A stretch of DNA of 32,000 nt from Nostoc punctiforme PCC 73102 (GTDB lineage: Bacteria; Cyanobacteriota; Cyanobacteriia; Cyanobacteriales; Nostocaceae). The stretch covers positions 5,430,001-5,462,000 of the forward strand of contig NC_010628.1 of the NCBI RefSeq assembly GCF_000020025.1, written 5' to 3'. This document shows positions 9,534-17,930 of the stretch, piece after piece. The position numbers were made by a program, and so were the translations under genes. Under the pieces are notes generated by a model that worked only from the letters and a program-made list of their open reading frames with translations, was not told the DNA's origin and searched no databases. Every line of letters begins with the position of its first letter. Position 1 is the stretch's first letter.

Positions 9534-10349
9534 TCAATTAATCTTTGAATTATCCCCTAAAGACCAGCCCAAACTAGTTGGCTGTTCATAAATCCGTTTT
9601 AGAGTATTTACATCTCTGGAAGAAATAGGCAACGGGTTACGAACTTGAGAAAAATATAGGGCATCAGTTTGTAGCGGACTATGACCCCAAATTCCAAGTG
9701 CATGACCAAATTCGTGGCGGGTAGCTGCAATGAGATACTCACCTGTTTGACTGGGGCTTAGCAAAATAGTGAAGCGGTGGGATAAAACTTTGTTGGTAGT
9801 GTATAACTCGTAAGTAGTTTGTGCCGATCGCGCACGAGGTTTACTACTACCAGGGGAAATTTGAAGAGGTGGCGCTTTTCGTGCGATCGTAATATCAGCA
9901 ATTTCTGGCTGTTCTACTATTGTCAAAGGCAAATAATTGCTCCATTCTTTTACACCCTGCAAGACACCATTAACCCATACTTGAGCTTGTTTTTCGTTAA
10001 CGGATTTTGGTGGTTCTACGTAAACTCGAATGGGAAATTGTGACCAGACTAAATAACCAACTTGGGTTGTTGTGACTTGTGAAAAGTAGTCACCACTGTT
10101 AGTGCTATCTTGCCACTGTGCGAGTGTGGGCGGTAAGGGATGGGGTTTTGGGATGGGTGAGGTGGAGAGAGAGATTACTGAGCCTGAATACACATATTTT
10201 GGTATTATTGTAAACCCATAACTCGAATGAAGATTAATAAAAATGATCGACAGCCCTGTGCCAATAAATAAGGCAAGAGCTGTAATTAACCGTTGTGAGA
10301 TTAAATTTATTAGGATGTTAAGTATTTGGTGTTGGGTTTTTTTCCCCAT
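9534..10349 (-). CDS. Putative membrane-anchored zinc metalloprotease-like protein (metzincin-like motif)
   Basis: The motif HEFGHALGIWGHS is an HExxHxxG-type zinc site, with the third His one residue further along than in canonical matrixins. There is an N-terminal TM helix (LITALALFIGTGLSIIFINL). I prefer the ATG at 10347-10349 because the longer track ORF would overlap secG. Confidence 0.55.
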   Translation of the reverse strand: MGKKTQHQILNILINLISQRLITALALFIGTGLSIIFINLHSSYGFTIIPKYVYSGSVISLSTSPIPKPHPLPPTLAQWQDSTNSGDYFSQVTTTQVGYLVWSQFPIRVYVEPPKSVNEKQAQVWVNGVLQGVKEWSNYLPLTIVEQPEIADITIARKAPPLQISPGSSKPRARSAQTTYELYTTNKVLSHRFTILLSPSQTGEYLIAATRHEFGHALGIWGHSPLQTDALYFSQVRNPLPISSRDVNTLKRIYEQPTSLGWSLGDNSKIN

Positions 10350-10359
10350 TGACCTAGCC

Positions 10360-10593
10360 TTATTTAGGCAGCCAACCAGCACTTAAAACCACTGTTAAAC
10401 CGAGGAAAATTACTGTCAATGCCCAAGTGATTCGATTTAAGGTGTTTTCTGCACTTTTGGTACTGCTGAATAGCTGGGCTTGTCCACCAATGGCTCCAAT
10501 ACCATCACCTTTGGGGCTATGTAGTAAAACTAAGATAATCAAACCAGTGGCGGAAAACGCCCAAATGCCTTGCACGATATTAGTAGCTGTCAT
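10360..10593 (-). CDS. secG: Preprotein translocase subunit SecG
   Basis: 77 aa with two TM helices and a central Gly-rich loop (LHSPKGDGIGAIGGQAQLF), which is typical of SecG. Confidence 0.85.
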   Translation of the reverse strand: MTATNIVQGIWAFSATGLIILVLLHSPKGDGIGAIGGQAQLFSSTKSAENTLNRITWALTVIFLGLTVVLSAGWLPK

Positions 10594-10641
10594 GGTAGGA
10601 ATCTCATTTATAACAATTTTTCAAAAAACAAAATTCAGAAT

Positions 10642-10680
10642 TCAGGAGTTAGGAATTTTCAGTAAACTCCTAACTCCTGA
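10642..10680 (-). terminator. Candidate intrinsic terminator after gpmI
   Basis: tcaggagttagga (10642-10654) and tcctaactcctga (10668-10680) form a perfect 13-bp stem with a 13-nt loop. It lies 12 nt past the gpmI stop. On the minus-strand RNA it is followed by auucugaauuuuguuuuuug. Confidence 0.5.
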
Positions 10681-10692
10681 CTTAGAAGTCTC

Positions 10693-12291
10693 TTACAGCC
10701 CTACTTGCACAGGAGTGCGAGTGCGTTGCAGTTCATAATCTGCTGTTTTCAGCAGCGATCGCCCTGTCATTTCTGGTGGCTGAGGCAGTTGTAAAATCTC
10801 TAGAATTGTGGGGGCAATGTCGGATAGCTTACCATCGCTTCGCAGTTCGACATTTGTACCATATCCAGGGATTTTGACTTTCTCTCCTTCCACCAAGATA
10901 AAGGGGACTGGGTTAGTGGTGTGGGCTGTCCAGGGATTACCCCCATCATCCAGCATATACTCAGCGTTGCCATGATCGGCAGTAATAATTGTTGTACCGC
11001 CGGCTTTGATAACGCTTTCTAATAAGCGTCCTAAACAGCGATCAACTGTTTCAATTGCTGTAATGGTAGCGTCGATTTGACCAGTATGCCCTACCATATC
11101 TGGATTGGCATAGTTAATTACAACTAAAGAATACGTACCCTTTTGAATCGCAGCGATCGCAACATCTGTAACTGCTACTGCTGACATTGCTGGGGCATGG
11201 TCGTAAGTTGCTACCATCGGGCTGCTTACTAGTTCCCGATCTTCTCCAGCAAAAGGTTCCTCCAGACCCCCATTAAAGAAATAGGTGACGTGGGCATATT
11301 TTTCTGTTTCGGCGGTGCGGAACTGATTCAGACCATGATTGGCTATTACTTCTCCCAGAATATTACTGAGATTCTGCGGCTCAAAGGCTACAGCCACGGG
11401 TAAGTCTGAATCATACTGTGTAAACGTGACAAAAGACAGTGGTGTGATTTGCTGTCTTTCAAAACCATTAAAAGTGGGACTGACTAAAGCTTGAGTCAGT
11501 TGTCTGGAGCGATCGGGGCGGAAGTTGAAAAATATCACTCCATCCCCTGGTTCTATTGCACCTGGTGCAATTCGGATTGGGTTGACAAATTCATCTTTTA
11601 CCCCTTCGGCGTAAGATGCTTGCAAGATTTCCACAGCCGTGCGATTATCACCCACACCATCTTGAGTCATCACGTCGTAGGCGCGTTTGACCCGATCCCA
11701 GCGGTGATCGCGATCCATCGCGTAGTAGCGACCGCTGAGGGTGACTATGCGCCCAATTCCTGTGCGGTCTATATAATTTTGCAGCATTGTGATTGCTCTT
11801 ACACCGTCAGTTGGGGCGGTGTCACGACCATCGGTAATGGCGTGGATACAAACTTCTGGAATTTGCTGGTTTTTGGCTAAGTCAAGTAGTCCGAATAGAT
11901 GGGTAATATGCGAATGTACCCCTCCCTCAGAACAAAGCCCGACTAGATGTAGCTTGCTATTCCGAGAACGAACTTCCTGGCAAATTTTGACAAGTGCTGG
12001 GTTTAAGGCAATAGAACCGTCTTCAACCGCATCGGAGATGCGTACAAGTTCTTGCGGTACCACTCGCCCAGCACCAATGTTCAAATGACCAACTTCCGAG
12101 TTGCCCATTTGACCCTCTGGCAACCCTACGGCTTTTCCTGATGTGCGGATGAGGGTGTGCGGGTAAGCTGCCCATAAACTGTCCACAATGGGAGTTTTAG
12201 CAGCAACAATAGCGTTTCCTCGCTTTTCCTCGCAGTAGCCCCATCCGTCTAAAATGACTAGCACCACAGGAGCAACAGGTGCTTTGGTCAT
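10693..12291 (-). CDS. gpmI: 2,3-bisphosphoglycerate-independent phosphoglycerate mutase
   Basis: 532 aa. It has VVLVILDGWG, the catalytic-Ser context MGNSEVGHLNIGAGR, and the C-terminal ADHGNAE metal site. Confidence 0.95.
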   Translation of the reverse strand: MTKAPVAPVVLVILDGWGYCEEKRGNAIVAAKTPIVDSLWAAYPHTLIRTSGKAVGLPEGQMGNSEVGHLNIGAGRVVPQELVRISDAVEDGSIALNPALVKICQEVRSRNSKLHLVGLCSEGGVHSHITHLFGLLDLAKNQQIPEVCIHAITDGRDTAPTDGVRAITMLQNYIDRTGIGRIVTLSGRYYAMDRDHRWDRVKRAYDVMTQDGVGDNRTAVEILQASYAEGVKDEFVNPIRIAPGAIEPGDGVIFFNFRPDRSRQLTQALVSPTFNGFERQQITPLSFVTFTQYDSDLPVAVAFEPQNLSNILGEVIANHGLNQFRTAETEKYAHVTYFFNGGLEEPFAGEDRELVSSPMVATYDHAPAMSAVAVTDVAIAAIQKGTYSLVVINYANPDMVGHTGQIDATITAIETVDRCLGRLLESVIKAGGTTIITADHGNAEYMLDDGGNPWTAHTTNPVPFILVEGEKVKIPGYGTNVELRSDGKLSDIAPTILEILQLPQPPEMTGRSLLKTADYELQRTRTPVQVGL

Positions 12292-12465
12292 AGTAAAATT
12301 GCCCTTTACTTTTTGTAATACCCGAATGATACCATTGCTAATCCACGCCGCAAGTGAATTTTTGCTTATGAACTTCTTTTATCAAAGACTTGCAGCTTTT
12401 TGAAATATTTTTTAAATTTTAGTAATTTTCCTGTGCTGTTTTTGAACGCTAATAAGCAATGATTA

Positions 12466-12497
12466 CTTAGTAGTAGCGTTTTAGTACTACTACTAAG
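12466..12497 (-). terminator. Perfect hairpin downstream of the ABC-F gene
   Basis: cttagtagtag (12466-12476) and ctactactaag (12487-12497) form a perfect 11-bp stem with a 10-nt loop. It lies 15 nt past the stop at 12513. No clear U-tract follows. Confidence 0.35.
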
Positions 12498-12512
12498 GTA
12501 GTATCTAATCCC

Positions 12513-14198
12513 CTATTTCCTTTTGGTGGAAGCTTTTGCAGCTTTCTTAGCAGCTTTTTCGGCAGCGATCGCAGCTAACTTTGCTTGTTCTTTTTCTTCG
12601 GCAATTTTCTGGAGATAGTAATGATAGTCTCCTAAGTAAACGCGGAATTCACCATCACGAATTTCGACGATTTTATTAGCTACTTGAGAAATAAAGTAGC
12701 GATCGTGAGAAACTACAATTGCCGTCCCATCATAATTTTTGAGCGCTTCTTCCAGCATTTCTTTCGCTGGAATATCTAGGTGGTTTGTCGGCTCATCTAA
12801 AATTAGTAAGTTCGCGGGACGTAAGAGCATTTTTGCCAACGCCAAACGAGCTTTTTCTCCTCCACTTAATGCCCCAACTGCCTTAAATACAGTATCACCA
12901 GTGAATAAGAAGCGTCCCAAAAGCGTGCGGACTTCTTGATTATCCCAGTCTGGAACTTCATCATGGATAGTTTCCATGACAGTTTTCTTCAAGTCCAAGG
13001 CTTCAGCTTGATTTTGCTCAAAGTAACCAGGAATAACGTTGTGATCCCCTAGTTGAACGCTACCTTCCGTGGGTGGTTCCATGCCCATAATTACGCGCAG
13101 AAGGGTAGATTTTCCAGCACCGTTGGGTCCAAGAAAAGCAATGCGATCGCCTCTTTCAATTAGCAGATTTGCTGCCAAAAACAGGATTTTATCACCATAA
13201 AGATGAGTTAAATCTTTAATGTCCACTACCTCGCGTCCACTGCGGGGTGCAGGCGGAAAACGGAAGTGTAGAGTTCTTACCCCAGCGATAGGTGCTTCAA
13301 TGCGCTCAATTTTGTCGAGTTGCTTTTCCCGGCTTTTTGCCTGGGTACTGCGGGTAGCACTAGCGCGGAATCTATCAACAAAGGTTTGCTGTTTCTCTAA
13401 TTCTTTCTGTTGGCGTTCGTAAGCACTCAGTTGTGCTGATTGACTTTCGGCTTTTTGTTCCAAATATGCTGAGTAGTTACCAAGGTAGGTACTGGAAACA
13501 CCACGTTCAGTTTCCACAATTTGGGTACAGAGGCGGTCAAGGAACTCCCGGTCATGGGAGACTATTACCATCGGCGTAATTAGCCCTCTGAGGTAATTTT
13601 CCAACCACTCAATGGTTTCTAAATCTAGGTGGTTAGTCGGTTCATCCAGCAGCAACAAGTCGGGTTTTTGCAGGAGAATTTTACCTAAACTCATCCGCAT
13701 TTGCCAACCACCACTGAAGGCACTGACGAGGCGATCGCCATCTTCTAGCCCAAACCCCATCTCTGGTAAAATTTTCCCGATGCGTGCATCTAAGTTGTAG
13801 CCATCCAAGGCTTCAAATTTGCGCTGCAAGCGATCCAACTTGTCGATCAGTCGATCCAGTTCCTCTGGGCTAGCCGTTTCCATTTCTTGTGGGATGTGCG
13901 CCAGAGATAACTGTACTTCGTTGGCTTCTTTAAAGACAGTCCAAAATTCTTCTCTAACGGTGCGGGTGGGGTCTACTTCAAACTCTTGGTTGAGGTAGGC
14001 TATATGTAAGCTATTAGGACGGATAATTTCGCCTGCGGTGGGTTCCATTTCCCCAGAAATGATCTTTAACTGGGTAGATTTGCCAGCACCGTTGACACCG
14101 ACTAAGCCAATGCGATCGCCTGGTTTAACTTCCCAGTTGATATCTTTGAGAACTTCGCCTGTGGGATAAATTTTACTTATATGTTCTAGTCGCAGCAT
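12513..14198 (-). CDS. ABC-F family ATPase (soluble, translation-associated type; no TM domain)
   Basis: 561 aa with two ABC cassettes. Walker A motifs are GVNGAGKST and GPNGAGKST. Signature motifs are FSGGWQMR and LSGGEKAR. There is an inter-domain linker and a Lys/Ala-rich C-terminal tail. Confidence 0.9.
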   Translation of the reverse strand: MLRLEHISKIYPTGEVLKDINWEVKPGDRIGLVGVNGAGKSTQLKIISGEMEPTAGEIIRPNSLHIAYLNQEFEVDPTRTVREEFWTVFKEANEVQLSLAHIPQEMETASPEELDRLIDKLDRLQRKFEALDGYNLDARIGKILPEMGFGLEDGDRLVSAFSGGWQMRMSLGKILLQKPDLLLLDEPTNHLDLETIEWLENYLRGLITPMVIVSHDREFLDRLCTQIVETERGVSSTYLGNYSAYLEQKAESQSAQLSAYERQQKELEKQQTFVDRFRASATRSTQAKSREKQLDKIERIEAPIAGVRTLHFRFPPAPRSGREVVDIKDLTHLYGDKILFLAANLLIERGDRIAFLGPNGAGKSTLLRVIMGMEPPTEGSVQLGDHNVIPGYFEQNQAEALDLKKTVMETIHDEVPDWDNQEVRTLLGRFLFTGDTVFKAVGALSGGEKARLALAKMLLRPANLLILDEPTNHLDIPAKEMLEEALKNYDGTAIVVSHDRYFISQVANKIVEIRDGEFRVYLGDYHYYLQKIAEEKEQAKLAAIAAEKAAKKAAKASTKRK

Positions 14199-14353
14199 TA
14201 AGTTTCTCTCAGGTAGGGAGTGGGTGGTTGAGGACGAAGTACTAACACCGCCTCTAATATTAACAAAAATTAACTATAAATTCGTCGTGATCAAGTTTGG
14301 AAGCCGCAAACCAAATTTGGCTTGAGCCACGGATAAAATTTACCACATCTATC

Positions 14354-14689
14354 TCAAGGCTGACTTTGTGCTACTTGTCTAACTTCTTCGACACTGAAAT
14401 CAAATGCCTCAGCCACTTGTTCCACTGTCACCCCAAATTTCAACAAAGTGGGTATTAATTTTAATTTGGCTCTACGCTCCCCTATTTGGATGCCATCATG
14501 ATAGAGTTTCGCATTTTGAACTTGGTTTATAGTTAAACCGAATCCCTCCGCAACCTGCTCAATAGTTAACGCTAAATCTAATAAACGAGGTACTGATTGC
14601 CGTAAACCTTCCAAACGCCCTTCTTCAAATGCTTCTTGATAAATTTTTGTATCTTTGAAACTCATAGTTCCTATATTGTAGTCCACCAA
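14354..14689 (-). CDS. Small protein made of two tandem copies of the Rpn-family C-terminal module
   Basis: Both halves resemble the last ~65 aa of the upstream nuclease: TKIYQEAFEEG...LTIEQVAEGFGLTINQVQ and ...VTVEQVAEAFDFSVEEVRQ, compared with TRFYQEAFQEG...LTVEQVAQALDLSVEQVRQ. The TTG at 14687-14689 sits 8 nt after AAGGAG. An alternative ATG is at 14663-14665. The ORF is in the same frame as 14717..15526 and is separated from it only by a TAG plus 9 sense codons. Confidence 0.6.
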   Translation of the reverse strand: MVDYNIGTMSFKDTKIYQEAFEEGRLEGLRQSVPRLLDLALTIEQVAEGFGLTINQVQNAKLYHDGIQIGERRAKLKLIPTLLKFGVTVEQVAEAFDFSVEEVRQVAQSQP

Positions 14690-14716
14690 TTCCTCTACTC
14701 CTTGATCATAAGAATC

Positions 14717-15526
14717 CTACTGCTCGGCTTGTCTGACTTGTTCGACACTCAAATCTAGCGCCTGTGCTACTTGTTCTACAGTCAACCCGGCTGCCAACAT
14801 TGCTGGTACTGCTCTGAGTTTACCTTGTTCAATGCCTTGAACCTTACCTTGTTCAATGCCTTGTTCAACACCCTCCTGAAAGGCTTCCTGATAAAATCTG
14901 GTTTGCTTTAACTCGCTTAAGCCAAACATTTGCTGCATCTCCTCCCTACTCATTGTGGGAAACTTATAAGCCAAAATAGTCTCTATAAATTGTAATAATT
15001 GCTGCTGTTTTGGTGGTGAATTTATCTCAGACTTCGTTCTATCTATCAACTCCCTTGCTTGGACAATTGCGATATCGTCGGTTGCAATTACTAATTTAGC
15101 AGTTGCAATGCCAATTGGAAGCGATGCACCTTCACCTAATTCATCCAAATAAATGCGTTTGACGCGCCCACTTGTGAAAAACTCACGGTAATGTTTGATA
15201 TTGCCTGTATCTACATTCCTGTTTGGGTATAAAACCACAGCACCCCAGTCATTCGATGGTTGATTTTGACGGAGGTATAAACATATTTCTGCAATTAGCC
15301 GTGAATAAATTTCCCCATCAGCTTGAAATTGCACTTCAACAAAGTAAATCTGGTTTTCGCTTCCTTGCGTAGGCAGAAACACACCATCGATTCTGAAGGC
15401 TGTTTGTTTGATTTCAACTGATGAAAATTGATAAAGACTAGCTTCTTCTGGAGGATTACCAATAAGTTCAAAGAAGATATCAGGAAATTCTTGAAACAGC
15501 CGATAAAAGATGATGTCTGTTTTCAC
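14717..15526 (-). CDS. Rpn-family (YhgA-like / cyanobacterial DUF2887-type) PD-(D/E)XK nuclease, putative transposase-like
   Basis: The N-terminus MKTDIIFYRLFQEFPDIFFELIG is characteristic of the family. The nuclease core is FRIDGVF...YFVEVQFQ. The start codon is GTG. Confidence 0.8.
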   Translation of the reverse strand: MKTDIIFYRLFQEFPDIFFELIGNPPEEASLYQFSSVEIKQTAFRIDGVFLPTQGSENQIYFVEVQFQADGEIYSRLIAEICLYLRQNQPSNDWGAVVLYPNRNVDTGNIKHYREFFTSGRVKRIYLDELGEGASLPIGIATAKLVIATDDIAIVQARELIDRTKSEINSPPKQQQLLQFIETILAYKFPTMSREEMQQMFGLSELKQTRFYQEAFQEGVEQGIEQGKVQGIEQGKLRAVPAMLAAGLTVEQVAQALDLSVEQVRQAEQ

Positions 15527-15576
15527 AATTTTATATGATTTTAAAATCTTGATTTGCTGTTCATAATATTACTTTA

Positions 15577-16059
15577 TTATTCAGAACCATCTCGCACTTT
15601 CAGCAATTGCTCTTTTGCCATCCCTAATATACGTGATAAGGGAGATAACAAACTATCATCAAATGTTTCTCCAGCATAAATATTATTCAGTTCAGTCGGA
15701 GATAATTTAAAGGTATCGCAGAACTTAGCAAACTCTTGGTTACTCAAGTCAAGCTCTTTTTGCCTATCCTGAAGTAAAACTGCGATCGCTCTAGTTCCAT
15801 GCTTCGGCCGCTCACTAGTTTTCACATATTTTTCCATTAAATAATTGACTTTTCTGGTATCGCCACCGACTTTTTTAATTAAATCAGTACAAGCCATTTT
15901 TAGAGCTTTCTTTAAAACTTCCTCTTCATTTAAAGTTTTAATAATTTCACTGGCATATTCTGGTTTAAAAAATCCCACCAAATTACCTTGATGATAAACT
16001 GGTATATAAGGATTATTCGTTTCAAGTTGCCAATCTAAAGGCTCATTGCGTAGAGACAT
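15577..16059 (-). CDS. Hypothetical protein with possible C-terminal HTH
   Basis: 160 aa from the ATG at 16057-16059. The C-terminal segment LDLSNQEFAKFCDTFKLSPTELNNIYAGE looks XRE-like. It is co-directional with the nuclease gene and lies 50 nt upstream of it. Confidence 0.5.
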   Translation of the reverse strand: MSLRNEPLDWQLETNNPYIPVYHQGNLVGFFKPEYASEIIKTLNEEEVLKKALKMACTDLIKKVGGDTRKVNYLMEKYVKTSERPKHGTRAIAVLLQDRQKELDLSNQEFAKFCDTFKLSPTELNNIYAGETFDDSLLSPLSRILGMAKEQLLKVRDGSE

Positions 16060-16156
16060 AGCTGCACCCCTAAATATTTTAAGATTGCACCATTTTAAAA
16101 CCATTTATTGTTTAACTGCCAGTAAAATACCCTATCACTGGCGATTAGAAATCGCA

Positions 16157-16230
16157 GCTATACAGACAAAACCCACCTCCGTGGGTTTCAACTTACTGGA
16201 GTCCACGCAGACGGACTTAGTTTGTGTAGC
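16157..16230. repeat. Structured small dispersed-repeat / MITE-like element
   Basis: There are two internal hairpins. One is aaacccac-ctcc-gtgggttt at 16169-16188. The other is gagtcc-acgcagac-ggactt at 16199-16218. They are bracketed by the imperfect inverted flanks gctatacagacaaa and tttgtgtagc. Translation gives the SVGF...TQTDLVCVA type of spurious ORF often seen for cyanobacterial repeats. Confidence 0.45.
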
Positions 16231-16497
16231 CATTACGTATTTCTACCAGAACCTCTAACTCAGCCAAAATTAGCGATCGCCAAGTGAATCAATGCGATTC
16301 TACTACTCACACGCCTAGTTTTGTGATTTGTATTCTTCAAAAATTATCACAGTAGGTTCTAGGTATCGATCTAATAGAGGACGATCGGATATATCAGGTA
16401 ATACTAATTCGACTGCCATAGTGGTTTCCATTACTCAACCACGATCTTCTCCATCTTTAAAAGCTGCGATAGAACCCCATAATAGAAATATTATTAA

Positions 16498-17091
16498 TTA
16501 CTTATCAAATCGCAGATGAAGAATATCTCCTATAACGCCAATTATATCTGGTTTAATACCAAAGAAAGATGGTTTAACTTCTACATATTTGTTTAACCAA
16601 TACCATGAGGTTTTCCATTCTTGCTTATCTACAAAATTATTGGTAGTACTACTATTAATAGATGATGAAAGTTGTCTCATGAAATTAACAAGGGCATCTT
16701 TACCACTATTGTCTACTTTTTCAAGGAAATCTGCTGAAAATATAACTAAATTAATATCTTCAGCATTTATTTTTTTGCTAGAAGATTCATCAATTTCTGA
16801 AGGTAAACGATTACATAATACTAATGCTGGTAATCTGGTATCTTTAAGTCTAGGCTGTCCTGTTTTGGGAGCTATTTCTCCTAATTTACTGTCTATTACA
16901 CTATTATAAAAGGACAAGTTATCATGCCCTTTTACAGCCAAATCTTTTAGACCAATATTTGTGGCAAAAGTATCATAATGCTTTAAAAGTTTTTTTGATA
17001 ATTCACCATTCCAGTCATCCATTAAGAAAAAGATATAGCTATTAAAACCATTGCTAGAAACTGTAGTTATATTTGCTGCTTTAAAACCCAT
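16498..17091 (-). CDS. Hypothetical protein (AT-rich orphan gene)
   Basis: 197-aa ORF with an ATG start. I recognise no motif. Both the gene and its ~300-nt upstream region are visibly more AT-rich than the flanks. Confidence 0.5.
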   Translation of the reverse strand: MGFKAANITTVSSNGFNSYIFFLMDDWNGELSKKLLKHYDTFATNIGLKDLAVKGHDNLSFYNSVIDSKLGEIAPKTGQPRLKDTRLPALVLCNRLPSEIDESSSKKINAEDINLVIFSADFLEKVDNSGKDALVNFMRQLSSSINSSTTNNFVDKQEWKTSWYWLNKYVEVKPSFFGIKPDIIGVIGDILHLRFDK

Positions 17092-17389
17092 AACACCTAC
17101 TCCTATTTTTTTAATTTGATTTGATTTTCTATTTGTTGAGTCAAATTTGAGAGTTAATAATATTATTTTTTTCGAGTTATTTTAACCGATTCAAATACTT
17201 TGATTGTCTCTTTAAAAATACCTGTCCTGGGGAATGACTATGGTACTCTTTATTTTTTATTTATAAACACCCTCTTAGAGAATTGGTATAACTAACTTGA
17301 AGTAAAACTTGTAAGTATATAATTTTTTTCACCTCGTTCTACTTAAGGTATCTCCAAATAACAAATGGGCTTCATAAAAATGGTAGTAA

Positions 17390-17848
17390 TTATCCTTCCC
17401 AGTCTTGACAAGTATCGCACAAAAAATTGTCTGCGATCGCATCATCAAATAAATAAGGGCAAAGCTCTGGAAAAGTTCGTAATGGTAAGTTAGTTTCTCG
17501 TAGCGCCAAATCCACTCCCGCTTCAAAGCCATCTAACAAGGCTTCTTCTATTCGAGACTTTAAGCTAGGGTTCTGCCGCAAATGCCTATTGATGGCGCGG
17601 CGCTGTTCTCGAATTGTTAAAAACCAACTGCGACAACGTTGTTCGGGTTGATACTCCCACTTCAAGAGATGACCGAGTAATACACTCAGACGACTCACGA
17701 GTTCCCGATACTCCTGTCTCCCCAAAGCTTGAATTTCCTCTTGCAGGTGTTGCCAGTCTAGTTCCATAACTAGCCTCTGCTCTAACGCTTTAGCCTGCTG
17801 CTGTGTCCAGCCATAGAAATCTTGGTCATACAAAAAAGGTTTGTCCAT
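17390..17848 (-). CDS. DUF29 domain-containing protein
   Basis: LYDQDFYGWTQQQAKAL...LQEEIQALGRQEYRELVSRLSVLLGHLLKWEYQPEQRCRSW is the typical cyanobacterial DUF29 pattern. I prefer the ATG at 17846-17848 because the track ORF begins at a TTG. Confidence 0.8.
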   Translation of the reverse strand: MDKPFLYDQDFYGWTQQQAKALEQRLVMELDWQHLQEEIQALGRQEYRELVSRLSVLLGHLLKWEYQPEQRCRSWFLTIREQRRAINRHLRQNPSLKSRIEEALLDGFEAGVDLALRETNLPLRTFPELCPYLFDDAIADNFLCDTCQDWEG

Positions 17849-17895
17849 AGATTTGAACCTTGACAACAAGAAACCACGAGCTAGTTAAAAAACTT

Positions 17896-17921
17896 AATTA
17901 CGAATTACGAATTACGAATTA
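17896..17921. repeat. Tandem heptamer (AATTACG) x about 3.7
   Basis: The sequence is aattacg aattacg aattacg aatta. It lies in the spacer between the XRE and DUF29 genes. Confidence 0.85.
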
Positions 17922-17930
17922 TTTTAATAT

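Noticed and set aside
16046-16258. A 70-aa plus-strand ORF spanning the structured repeat.
   Set aside because: It is a read-through translation of the double-hairpin dispersed-repeat element and overlaps the start of the minus-strand gene. This is the typical spurious repeat-derived ORF.
16315-16519. A 63-aa plus-strand ORF (16328..16519) and a 38-codon minus-strand ORF (16315..16431) downstream of the orphan gene.
   Set aside because: They overlap each other, they are short, and they have no motif or convincing ribosome-binding site. I cannot support either as a gene from sequence alone. The minus-strand ORF is mentioned in the orphan-gene finding only as something to test.
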